Shown: positions 50,793 to 60,018, numbered from the stretch's first letter. The stretch: 64,000 nt of DNA from Gammaproteobacteria bacterium (GCA_965261165.1 OZ253445.1:295617-359616), one strand, 5' to 3'. Numbers and translations are program-made. Notes: generated by a model from the letters alone, not told the origin.

Positions 50793-51009
50793 AGACGCGG
50801 CGATAAGCGGCCAGGATACCTACCGCAGCAGCTTCTGTATCGGTGAGTATGCAAAAGCCTTCACCTTGATCATTCAGAGAACAGCCGTTACCGGTCAAGC
50901 AAGTCTGGGTTTAGATTCATCAGGTAATTCAGAAGACAGTTCACAAGATAGCGCAGAGGGAACAAGCTCAGAAGAAATAAACTCGAGTGCTTATATTGAT
51001 CGTGCGATT

Positions 51010-51042
51010 GCCACTCATCGGCCACTCATCGGCCACTCATCG
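51010..51042. repeat. 11-nt perfect tandem repeat GCCACTCATCG x3
   Basis: Read directly at 51010, 51021 and 51032. Confidence 0.9.
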
Positions 51043-51084
51043 GGATGACCTTAGCCATAGCCAGATTGTCCACAGGCCAATATG

Positions 51085-51545
51085 ACTAATATGGCAGCGT
51101 GGCGAGGACAGTGAGGGCCACATCAAGGAACTGCAACGAGATTTTGGCGGTGACCCCCTGTCGTGCTCTGATTTTGCTGCCAATGTGCTGTACTTTTTAA
51201 CCTCAGCATCTTCCTACAATCTATGTGCCCTCATGCGTCAGCTACTGCTAGTGGAGTTGTCCCGACATCGAGACTGTGTAAGAAACCCCACTAAATCGCG
51301 TTACATGTGGAAAACCCTTGCGGGTTTGGCTGTTTTACTGGGTTCCTGCTTGCGCAGGAACGACGGATGTTGGTTTTTTGCACAGTCTCCATCTTGTGCT
51401 GACTCTGCACTGGTGTCTGGTCGCCATTGCGGCAAAAGTGGTTAGAACCGGACGACAATTATTTATAAAGCTGCAAGAAAACCACCGAATACTCCTAGAA
51501 CCAGTGCTACTGGCACTGAAGCAGTTTGCAGCACCGTCCATTTAA
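51085..51545 (+). mobile_element. IS1380/DDE-group-1-like transposase C-terminal relic, interrupted
   Basis: WQRGEDSEGHIKELQRDFGGDPLSCSDFAANVLYFLTSASSYNLCALMRQLL, then a break, then LVAIAAKVVRTGRQLFIKLQENH to a stop. This matches the RG..E..IKELK...F.AN....AYNL and ..a..v...gR tails of this transposase class. Confidence 0.5.
51311..51365. repeat. REP-like double hairpin inside the transposase relic
   Basis: aaaccc-TTGC-gggttt (51312..51327) and ttcctgc-TTGC-gcaggaa (51343..51360). Two adjacent stem-loops with identical TTGC loops. Confidence 0.5.
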
Positions 51546-51864
51546 CCCGATATAGGGCAAGCGTAACGGCTTCTGCAAGATAGGTGCGTGCAAAAAAAGC
51601 CCATTGAACACTGATTAATGGCGGGACTTAATATACAGAAGGCGCTGAGCCAGTATTTTTTAGTAAACAGGGTTTTTTCAGTAAACCTCTCGGCACTATC
51701 TGCTGTAATCTGCGGTAATGGCCAGTCATAAGGCTTGCAAGCGGGATTACAGGTCATTGAAGCACTGGCGCTACTCTATCTGGGGATTTGGGGATTTAAC
51801 CTAAGTTGATTAGCCGCTCCGTTTCCTGCATCCTCAAGAAAGAATTACATTACTGGATTTCGAT

Positions 51865-53211
51865 ATGCAAACATTACAAGATTCACTCGATAAAATCAGC
51901 GGGATTATCTGGGGCGAATATATCCTTATTCCTTTACTGGCACTGGTCGGCATTTATTTGACACTTGGTCTCAAGGCTATGCCCTGGAGGCTGGTCCCAA
52001 AAGCATTTTCCACGCTATGGCATGACCGAAAACCTGATGATGCAAATGAGGGAGATATTTCTCCATTTCAGGCCTTGATGACCGCCCTGTCCGCCACCAT
52101 CGGCACAGGCAATATCGCAGGTGTCGCTACAGCTATTTATTTTGGTGGACCTGGTGCCATCTTCTGGATGTGGGTCATTGCCCTGTTTGGCATGGCAACA
52201 AAATATGCTGAAGGTGTTCTGGCAGTAAAATATAGAGAAATCGATGCACTTGGCAATCATGTCGGCGGCCCTATGTATTACATCAAAAATGGCCTAGGGA
52301 AAAACTGGGCATGGTTGGGCACGGCCTTTGCCCTGTTTGGCATGATTGCCGCTTTTGGTATTGGCAACATGGCGCAATCAAATACTGTCGCCAGTGAATT
52401 GTACGCCTCGTTTCAAATTCCCTCCTGGGTGACGGGTATCATCATGGCGACCTTAGCAGGCGCAGTGATCCTAGGCGGCATTAAACGTATTGCTAATGTT
52501 GCGGAAAAACTTGTACCCTTCATGGCCAGTGCTTATATAATTGGCGCTCTGCTCATCATTCTTCTAAATATTTATGATGTACCTGCTGCCTTGAAATTAA
52601 TTGTTGAAGATGCATTCACCGGCACCGCTGCCGAAGGCGGTTTTTTGGGTGCAACTGTGATGATGGCTATCCGTTGGGGGTTTGCTCGCGGCATATTTTC
52701 GAATGAAGCAGGACTGGGCAGCGCAGCTATTGCTCATGCTGCTGCCAAAACAAACAACCCGGTTCGTCAAGGTATGATTGCCATGTTAGGTACTTTTATC
52801 GATACCATCATCATCTGCTCAATGACCGCGTTGGTCATCATACTGACAGGCGCCTGGGATAGCGGCATCAAAGGCGCTCCCATGTCCTCACTTGCATTTA
52901 ATACTGGTTTCGCAGGTGGTGGTTATATTGTCACGTTCGGATTGATTGTCTTTGCCTTTACTACAATCCTTGGCTGGAGTTATTACGGTGAACGCTGTGC
53001 AAGCTACCTTATGGGCGTTAAAGCAATTCTACCTTACCGTATACTATGGGTGGCTGCCACATTGATTGGCGCCTTAGTGAAATTAGGTTTGGTCTGGGCA
53101 TTGGCTGATGTTTTAAATGGGCTTATGGCAATCCCAAACCTGATTGCATTACTCCTGTTAAGCCCAGTTATTTTTTCTATTACACGTGAATATTTTTACA
53201 AAGAAGATTGA
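51865..53211 (+). CDS. alanine/glycine:cation symporter (AGCS family)
   Basis: 448 aa polytopic protein. FQALMTALSATIGTGNIAGVATAI signature. Confidence 0.88.
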   Translation: MQTLQDSLDKISGIIWGEYILIPLLALVGIYLTLGLKAMPWRLVPKAFSTLWHDRKPDDANEGDISPFQALMTALSATIGTGNIAGVATAIYFGGPGAIFWMWVIALFGMATKYAEGVLAVKYREIDALGNHVGGPMYYIKNGLGKNWAWLGTAFALFGMIAAFGIGNMAQSNTVASELYASFQIPSWVTGIIMATLAGAVILGGIKRIANVAEKLVPFMASAYIIGALLIILLNIYDVPAALKLIVEDAFTGTAAEGGFLGATVMMAIRWGFARGIFSNEAGLGSAAIAHAAAKTNNPVRQGMIAMLGTFIDTIIICSMTALVIILTGAWDSGIKGAPMSSLAFNTGFAGGGYIVTFGLIVFAFTTILGWSYYGERCASYLMGVKAILPYRILWVAATLIGALVKLGLVWALADVLNGLMAIPNLIALLLLSPVIFSITREYFYKED

Positions 53212-53245
53212 CCAAGAAAATAAACAAACAATGGAAACCTGATAA

Positions 53246-54082
53246 ATGCATTTGTTACACAGTGTTGATGAAGTCGCCTATCAGGCGTTGCATGAAGACC
53301 TAGGCGATGGTGATCTCACGGCAAATTTATTGTCGGAAGATGCGCAAATAAAAGCACGATTAACCACGCGTGAAGACGCGGTGCTTTGTGGCACTTGTTG
53401 GTTCAATAGCATCTTTAAGAAACTGGACGAAAACATTGATATCCAATGGCGTGTTAAAGATGGTGATAACATCGTTATCGATCAGGAATTGTGTATTTTA
53501 AAAGGCTCAGCGCGTGCCGTGTTAACTGGCGAGCGTACGGCAATGAATTTCATCCAGATCTTGTCTGGCACAGCAACAGCTACGCGTGAATATGCCAAAA
53601 TACTGGAAGGCACAACGACGAAATTACTGGATACACGTAAGACTATTCCTGGCCTGAGAGAAGCACAAAAATATGCGGTACGTAGAGGTGGTGGCTATAA
53701 CCACCGACTAGGATTGTTTGATGGCATCCTGCTCAAGGAAAACCATGTATCAGCCTTCGGTTCTATTGCCAATGCCGTCAGTACTGCAAGGGAACATTAT
53801 CCAGAAACACCCGTTGAAATTGAAGTTGAAACACAGGATGAATTGCAACAAGCCATTGATGCCAGAGCAGATATCATCATGCTGGATAATTTTTCTCTGC
53901 AAGATATACGTGAAGCCGTCATTTTTACTGATGGTCGCGCACGGCTAGAGGCTTCAGGAGGATTTGATATGAAGACCCTGCGTGAGACAGCAGAAACCGG
54001 GGTCGATTATATCTCTATCGGCGCGTTGACTAAACATATAAGGGCGCTGGATATATCCATGCGCTTTTTTAATCGGACATGA
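53246..54082 (+). CDS. nadC: nicotinate-nucleotide pyrophosphorylase (carboxylating)
   Basis: 278 aa. LTGERTAMNF, LDTRKTIPGLR, AVRRGGGYNHRLGL, IMLDNF motifs. Confidence 0.92.
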   Translation: MHLLHSVDEVAYQALHEDLGDGDLTANLLSEDAQIKARLTTREDAVLCGTCWFNSIFKKLDENIDIQWRVKDGDNIVIDQELCILKGSARAVLTGERTAMNFIQILSGTATATREYAKILEGTTTKLLDTRKTIPGLREAQKYAVRRGGGYNHRLGLFDGILLKENHVSAFGSIANAVSTAREHYPETPVEIEVETQDELQQAIDARADIIMLDNFSLQDIREAVIFTDGRARLEASGGFDMKTLRETAETGVDYISIGALTKHIRALDISMRFFNRT

Positions 54083-54372
54083 AAAGGTGGAAAATTTTTG
54101 AGATTACAATGATTACTTTAAATTGGAATTGCTATTGTGGCCAAACATAAGCGGTTATAAGTCAGATTGCGTCATCTTCGAAATTAAGAAATATTCGGTT
54201 GTAATATCAATCGATTAGGCTCGATTCGACCTGAAGGGATCTGGGTCCCGAGATTTTTCTCTCGCCCACGGTGTGCTAGTATACCGCCCAAACAGAAGCC
54301 AGTCGCAATCCGCTCGGGTTTCACGTAAAGCCTGTATAAAAAAATAATAAATTTTAGTTTAGAGAGATCGTC

Positions 54373-54746
54373 ATGAAAAAACTACTTTTCCAGTTAGACA
54401 ACGATACTCATCCTGCTGTATTGACGATGTATAGGCAATATTCGCCACGGGAACAGCCAATACTGAATTACTCGAGGCAAAGCATTGGTAAGACAGCGAA
54501 AACATGTAGCTCATTGCTGATGCCAACGCTACCCCTCTCTTAGGAATTGTTGGCACTGAAATGTTTGACCGTGGCACAGAAAGGAACGGCAAGATTATCT
54601 GGAGAGCCATTGGCTTTGGTGCCGTGAAATTGGCGGCACATAGAACCAGTATCAAAAAAATTATTCGGAAATTGATGAGCAGGCGTTTGATGCTGAAGAA
54701 ATATTTTGCGCTTGCCAAAGAAATGGCAGCAAGGGAAATGGCGTAA
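54373..54746 (+). pseudogene. mtdA: decayed mtdA-like gene (NADP-dependent methylene-H4MPT/H4F dehydrogenase): internal deletions and frameshifts
   Basis: From the ATG at 54373 the frame reads MKKLLFQLDNDTHPAV (MtdA N-terminus is KKLLFQFDTDATPSVFD). A 1-nt loss then gives DDV-stop-AIFATGTANTELLEAK (compare TAIFVGGGDMAAGERVFEAV). A large gap follows. Frame 3 then reads LIADANATPLLGIVG...WRAIGFGAVKLAAHR (compare IVADYNAQPPLGIGG...FGALGIGGLKLKLHR). The C-terminal FDAEEIF and ALAKEMAA lie in different frames. Confidence 0.6.
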
Positions 54747-54779
54747 TAATTTTTACTCAAACCAACACTGGTCAACTTC

Positions 54780-55961
54780 ATGCTCATACATAATTTGATG
54801 CTCAGCCTGAAAATAGATTTGAATAGAAATTTATTAATATTTCCTTTCTTATGTTTCTTGACACTTTTACAATCTACTATTGCCTGGGCAGCAAACTACG
54901 AAGAGGGCATGCAGGCATATCTGAACAAGGACTATGCGTTGGCTTTAGAAATTCTCCAGCCACTTGCAGAAAATGGAGATTCTCAGGCGCAAGCCACTTT
55001 GGGAGTCATGTATGACCTTGGTCACGGTGTTAGTAAAGATCCAGCTCAAGCAATCAAATGGTATATCAAGGCAGCAGAACAAGGGGACTCTGCTGTGCAA
55101 TATAGCGTTGGCGTTAAATATTTTCAAGGTCAAGGCGTTGAGCAAGACTACCTGAAGGCAGCATATTGGTGGGAGCAATCAGCCAATGCTGGTTCAGCTG
55201 ATTCCCAATTTAACTTGGGATTATTATACTACAGTGGCACTGGTCTGGAGATCGACTATCAAAAGGCTTCAGCCCTATTCATGGCAGCAGCAGAACAAGA
55301 ACATCCCCGTGCGCAATACAGCCTGGCGGTAATGCATGCATTTGGTCAAGGTATAGATAAAGATTATAAGCAAGCTCTAAAATGGTTCAAAAAATCTGCA
55401 TCGCATAATGTTACTCAGGCACAATTTAATCTGGGCGTATTTTATGAGAATGGCTACGGTCTTGATGCAGATGTTGCTACCGCTAAAAAGTGGTATGCCC
55501 TCGCTGCCAGTGCTGGCTTAGCTGAAGCAAAGTCAAGACTTGTTGAACTTGAACAGACTGAGAAAACTATTCAACATTCTGATATCCCTAAGCTAGCAAG
55601 TAATCAACCTGTTCAGAAAAAGACCTCTATTCAGAAGACAACTATGGCACTTAACGATAACAACATAAAAAGAGAAGGCTGGGTTAAACAACAAGATGCT
55701 AGAACATACACACTGCAACTTTTAAGCTTGCTTAAGGAAAAGGATATCGTTGATTTTATACAGAAACATCAGCTAGCGAAAAATACTGCATACATTGAAG
55801 TAGTTATCAAAGGGACAACTCGGTACAATGCGCTATACGGAAGTTATGCAACATATGAGCAAGCAAAGAAGGCAGTCATTTCCCTTCCCAAGAGTTTGGG
55901 TAAAAACAAACCTTGGATAAGAAATTTTGGCATCTTACAAAATTTAATCAATCAAAAATGA
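54780..55961 (+). CDS. Sel1-repeat (TPR-like) protein with C-terminal SPOR domain
   Basis: About 5-6 Sel1 repeats (A....LG.MY..G.GV..D...A..W pattern). Signal peptide. The C-terminal about 80 aa is SPOR-like (YTLQLLSL...YNALYGSYATYEQAKKAV). The true start may be a downstream Met. Confidence 0.75.
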   Translation: MLIHNLMLSLKIDLNRNLLIFPFLCFLTLLQSTIAWAANYEEGMQAYLNKDYALALEILQPLAENGDSQAQATLGVMYDLGHGVSKDPAQAIKWYIKAAEQGDSAVQYSVGVKYFQGQGVEQDYLKAAYWWEQSANAGSADSQFNLGLLYYSGTGLEIDYQKASALFMAAAEQEHPRAQYSLAVMHAFGQGIDKDYKQALKWFKKSASHNVTQAQFNLGVFYENGYGLDADVATAKKWYALAASAGLAEAKSRLVELEQTEKTIQHSDIPKLASNQPVQKKTSIQKTTMALNDNNIKREGWVKQQDARTYTLQLLSLLKEKDIVDFIQKHQLAKNTAYIEVVIKGTTRYNALYGSYATYEQAKKAVISLPKSLGKNKPWIRNFGILQNLINQK

Positions 55962-56023
55962 AAGGCTTCATATTAAATAGCTGTACCAATCTAATGCAGT
56001 TAGCCATTTAAAAAGAGATTTGT

Positions 56024-56776
56024 ATGTCAACATTCAGTGACGTTCTGACAGGAAAAGAAGAAGACCTGGTCAAAATATTTTATAGCTTCCACGGGAAAGA
56101 AAATCCAAAAGATAATCTCGTTGCAGCTGCTAAAAAACTTAAGCTCAAACCAGCACAGCTCATTTTTGCACTGGGATTTAACCGGCGCACCAAGGAACTG
56201 AATGAAATTTTTACTACGCTTGGTTATGCAAATCTGAAAGAACTCATAAAAGAAAGAAATGAAATTTATATCAATGATATTTACCAGAATCTTTCCCTAG
56301 AAAATATACTGATGCTGTATAGCTCCGTCAAAGATGAGAGCGAGATATTGCAGATAATGCAATATCTTTTGAAAAACAGGCTAGAAAATATAGAATCCAA
56401 GATAGAAGCTAATGTAAACTTGCTTATGATTGAGAAATACAAAACTGAAATGAAAGCTATTTACGCCGATAAGATTGTTGATATCGACTTCGCTGAAGAA
56501 AGATTGAATAATATAGAGAGTGGATTTAGAGCATTATTAAACGAAGCCTGCATTATCATTGAGAGCAAACTAATCCCTGCCGGAGATATATTTTTCAGAG
56601 AAACGATTTTGCCTGAGGAAAAACGAAAATTGTTAAACAAAAATCTGATTCCTGTAGAACTGGTGGAATCTCGTCTTGAAGAAAAAAATATCTCAAAACA
56701 AGAAAGACAAATGCTGAATGATTTTCTCGCATTCAACCGTAAAAAAATACTGATGGAACAGCTAACTAATGATTAG
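56024..56776 (+). CDS. hypothetical helical protein, paralog A
   Basis: 250 aa. Clean ORF with a purine-rich (AGAGA) stretch upstream of the ATG as a possible weak RBS. Collinear similarity to the next gene. No recognisable domain. Confidence 0.65.
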   Translation: MSTFSDVLTGKEEDLVKIFYSFHGKENPKDNLVAAAKKLKLKPAQLIFALGFNRRTKELNEIFTTLGYANLKELIKERNEIYINDIYQNLSLENILMLYSSVKDESEILQIMQYLLKNRLENIESKIEANVNLLMIEKYKTEMKAIYADKIVDIDFAEERLNNIESGFRALLNEACIIIESKLIPAGDIFFRETILPEEKRKLLNKNLIPVELVESRLEEKNISKQERQMLNDFLAFNRKKILMEQLTND

Positions 56777-57482
56777 TTTTACTGATTTATTCACAGCTAG
56801 CGATTCAGATCTTGTCAAAACTTTTTGCAAGGTTAAATCTGATCCCTCGGCTGATTTTATAAAGAACATAAATAGTATCGCTATACAGTTGCAACTTAAT
56901 CACTCTCAACTTGTTTGTGCGATTGGCTTTAATAAGAATATACGCAATCTAACCGATATTATAACAATCCTCGGTTTTAAATCGTATAAGGTCATGGCCT
57001 ATCGTCGTAATGAATTATTTACGACAGATACCTACCAGCAACTCGGCATAGACAATATTTTGGACATCTATTCGGAGCGGCTGGAAGATATAGAGATTCT
57101 TGAAACCCTGAGAGAATTACTTCAACCACGACTTCAACATATCGAAGCCGATATTGAGAAAACTGGTGACCCCAGTCAAACAATCAGTTATCGGATGGAA
57201 ATACACTCGATATATCAGTCGGGGATCGCAAATAAACCTTTTGCAGAAGAAAGAATACAAAAAAATATTGGGAGGTATCGCCGCATCTCCAGTGAGCTTA
57301 ATGAAATGATTAGCGCGGGTATATTTCCACCCAGTAATTTCTTTTTCATGGAGAATATCTCACCTGATGAAAAAAGAGAATTGATTGAACAAAAACATAT
57401 TTCATCAGACATGGTCAAAAATCGCTTACAAAACGCAAAGATCTCAGCGGACGAAAGAGATATGCTCGAGGAGTTTGTATAG
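56769..57482 (+). CDS. hypothetical helical protein, paralog B
   Basis: 237 aa. Start overlaps the paralog A stop (ATGATTAG). Shared blocks: DLVK.F, A.GFN, LG(Y/F), RNE, NIL, EIL, FAEER, P.EKR.L, IS..ER.ML..F. Confidence 0.65.
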   Translation: MISFTDLFTASDSDLVKTFCKVKSDPSADFIKNINSIAIQLQLNHSQLVCAIGFNKNIRNLTDIITILGFKSYKVMAYRRNELFTTDTYQQLGIDNILDIYSERLEDIEILETLRELLQPRLQHIEADIEKTGDPSQTISYRMEIHSIYQSGIANKPFAEERIQKNIGRYRRISSELNEMISAGIFPPSNFFFMENISPDEKRELIEQKHISSDMVKNRLQNAKISADERDMLEEFV

Positions 57483-57663
57483 GAATTGCATTAGTTATGG
57501 GAATTTTTCCTGCCTGTAAATTCAATTTATCCATTTCTTCGATAGTCACAAATGTTATCCTCTTTAGTTCGGCCTTCAGCAATAACTCTATCATTCTGCT
57601 GAATCTTTCTGTCTAAATTATTGATCGAGCAACATCTATTGCTTGTTTAGAGGAGATTTTTTA

Positions 57664-60018
57664 ATGAAAAATTGTTATCTACGTCAAGTTCTTTTGATTG
57701 GTATAGCGGTGTTTATTGCTTTAAACAGTAGCCACATCCTCGCCGAAGCAACTAATGCCATTCAAGATGAAAGTATCGAAGTGATAGGCGTCACGCCATC
57801 ACATGGTACTGGCCTACCAACATATATGATTCCTTTTTCGATACAATCAGCAACCGCGGAAGATATCGACAAAAATAAAAGCCTTGCCCTAGGTGATTTC
57901 CTCAATCGTAATTTAGGTAGTGTCTCGATTAATGAAGCGCAAAACAATCCATTACAACCTGACATTCAGTATCGTGGATTCACATCATCTCCACTGCTTG
58001 GTCTTCCGCAAGGTCTTGCCGTTTATCAGAATGGTGTTCGTGTGAACGAAGCATTTGGCGATACCGTCAATTGGGATTTGATTCCAGAATCATCCATCGC
58101 CAGTATCAATCTTATTGGTGGCGCAAACCCGATATTTGGTCTAAACACATTAGGTGGCGCAATCTCAATCACAACTAAAAATGGTTTCACTCACGAAGGG
58201 CATGACCTGGAAGTTTACGGCGGTTCTTTTGAGCGTGTTGTTACAACCATCGAAAGTGGCGGGAATAACGGAGCATGGGGTTATTTCTTTACCGGGAATT
58301 ATTTTAATGAAGAAGGTTGGCGTAATGCTTCGCCATCCAATGCGCTCAATCTTTTTGGTGCGATTAGTTGGTGGAGTAATGATGGTGCACTGGAGCTTTC
58401 CTTCAATCATGGTGATACTGAATTGATTGGTAATGGCCCTATCCCAATTGAGCTGGAAGCGATAGACAGAAGCGCAATTTTTACTTCTCCAGACATCACC
58501 GAAAATGATCTTTTCTTGGTCAATTTTGAAGGCTCGCGTTGGCTCAATGATGAACTGCAACTTGCTGGCAATATCTTTTACCGTAGTAATGATGCCGATT
58601 CATTCAATGGTGATGGGACTGAATTTGAAGATTGTGGATTTGCCGCTAATGCTGGTTTTTTATGTGAGGAAAATGCTGATTTAAATACTGCGACAGAAGA
58701 AGTAATAAGAGATCAAAACGGCGACCAGATTCCTGATACAATCGCAGGTGCAAATTTAGATGCCATCAATAATATCAGTAGCCGTGAACAAGAAAGCTTT
58801 GGCGCAAATATACAAACATCTTTTCTGAATGATCCATTTGGTCATCAGAATTCTCTGATTGTTGGAGCAACCTACAATCAGGCATTGACAGCTTTCTGGG
58901 CGATTGTTGAAGTCGCATCCTTAAATGCTGACAGGGGGACTTCTGGCGCAGGACTATTTGTCATCGGAGATGGTACACAAATCAAAACTCATACTAGAAC
59001 ATGGTCAATCTATATCACAGATACATTTTCTATCTCCGACGAATTGACCCTGACACTGTCCGGTCGTTATAACAATACTAGTATCAAGATTGGCGACCGC
59101 AGCACATTGAATCCATTAGTCGCCCCAGACGATCCTGCGGCTTTAAATGGCGAACATGATTATGGGAACTTCAATCCTGCCATAGGATTAAACTGGTTAT
59201 TCCACCCTAATATTGTTGCCTACGGTAGTTACAGTGAATCAGCTCGAACACCCACAACAGTAGAACTATCATGTGCTGATCCTTCTGCACCATGCAATTT
59301 ACCTAATGCCTTTCTTGCTGACCCACCACTGGAGCAGGTCGTGACCAAGAGTTTCGAAGGCGGTTTTCGCGGGACATTGAATTCTGATATGAAATGGAGT
59401 TTGGGCGCATTTCACAGCGTCAATAAGGACGACATTATTTTTATCAGTACTGGAGGTATCAGCTCTAATGAAGGCTTCTTTGACAACATTGGTGATACCA
59501 AACGGGTCGGCATAGAACTCAATCTTTCAGGCGCCTGGAAGAAACTGGACTGGTTTACAAACTATAGCTTTGTCCAAGCGACCTTCGATAATAGCTTCGC
59601 ATCGAGTAGCCCAAACAATCCTCTGGCAAATGCTAATGGTGATATCGCTGTTCAGCGGGGAGATAGGATCCCAAGTCTTCCACAACATAATTTAAAGCTC
59701 GGCGGCGATTATCATGTTACATCAAGATTTAGTATTGGCTCAGATTTGGTCTATAACTCAGATCAACATTTTCGTGGAGATGAAGCAAATCTGCTGGACA
59801 CCATTGATGGTCATGTTGTCATCAATGCCAGGGCAGCATACCAGTTTAATAAAAACGTGTCTGTCTTCGCTAACGTAAACAATTTACTTGATTCTGAATA
59901 CGAAACCTTTGGCTTACTGGGTGAACCCGGTGAAATCTTTGCTGGATTCAATAATCCACGATTTGTCAGTGTCAGTGCACCTATCTCTGGATTTGTTGGT
60001 ATGAAGGTAGAATTTTAA
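57664..60018 (+). CDS. TonB-dependent outer-membrane receptor; start trimmed to MKNCYL after AGGAG
   Basis: Signal peptide. Plug-domain blocks (IEVIGVT, LQPDIQYRGF, VYQNGVRVNE). Beta-barrel-type alternating sequence. C-terminal aromatic residue (KVEF). Confidence 0.88.
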   Translation: MKNCYLRQVLLIGIAVFIALNSSHILAEATNAIQDESIEVIGVTPSHGTGLPTYMIPFSIQSATAEDIDKNKSLALGDFLNRNLGSVSINEAQNNPLQPDIQYRGFTSSPLLGLPQGLAVYQNGVRVNEAFGDTVNWDLIPESSIASINLIGGANPIFGLNTLGGAISITTKNGFTHEGHDLEVYGGSFERVVTTIESGGNNGAWGYFFTGNYFNEEGWRNASPSNALNLFGAISWWSNDGALELSFNHGDTELIGNGPIPIELEAIDRSAIFTSPDITENDLFLVNFEGSRWLNDELQLAGNIFYRSNDADSFNGDGTEFEDCGFAANAGFLCEENADLNTATEEVIRDQNGDQIPDTIAGANLDAINNISSREQESFGANIQTSFLNDPFGHQNSLIVGATYNQALTAFWAIVEVASLNADRGTSGAGLFVIGDGTQIKTHTRTWSIYITDTFSISDELTLTLSGRYNNTSIKIGDRSTLNPLVAPDDPAALNGEHDYGNFNPAIGLNWLFHPNIVAYGSYSESARTPTTVELSCADPSAPCNLPNAFLADPPLEQVVTKSFEGGFRGTLNSDMKWSLGAFHSVNKDDIIFISTGGISSNEGFFDNIGDTKRVGIELNLSGAWKKLDWFTNYSFVQATFDNSFASSSPNNPLANANGDIAVQRGDRIPSLPQHNLKLGGDYHVTSRFSIGSDLVYNSDQHFRGDEANLLDTIDGHVVINARAAYQFNKNVSVFANVNNLLDSEYETFGLLGEPGEIFAGFNNPRFVSVSAPISGFVGMKVEF

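Noticed and set aside
50704-51048. 114-aa plus-strand ORF (and the 78-aa minus-strand ORF at 50662-50898).
   Set aside because: The reading frames are carried by tandem DNA repeats and low-complexity Ser/Asp stretches. There is no RBS or domain signal, so the region is treated as non-coding and repeat-rich.
51546-51864. Possible glycine riboswitch upstream of the alanine/glycine:cation symporter.
   Set aside because: I looked for the conserved GGAGAG, CACCGAAGGGGCAA and CTCAGGCAAAAGGAC-type aptamer cores and found none.
54083-54372. Possible structured ncRNA between nadC and the mtdA relic (cccgag ... ctcggg pairing about 60 nt apart).
   Set aside because: There is a single 6-bp complementarity and no match to any RNA family I can recall (6S, tmRNA, RNase P). 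It is more likely the decaying mtdA promoter region.
54371-54787. 138-aa minus-strand ORF.
   Set aside because: It lies antisense to the mtdA-like relic, which explains the region better. The sequence has no recognisable features and no convincing start context.
57483-57663. Possible Fur box upstream of the TonB-dependent receptor (for example aataactctatcattctgc).
   Set aside because: Fewer than about half of the positions match the GATAATGATAATCATTATC consensus in any register, which is not convincing without a matrix scan.
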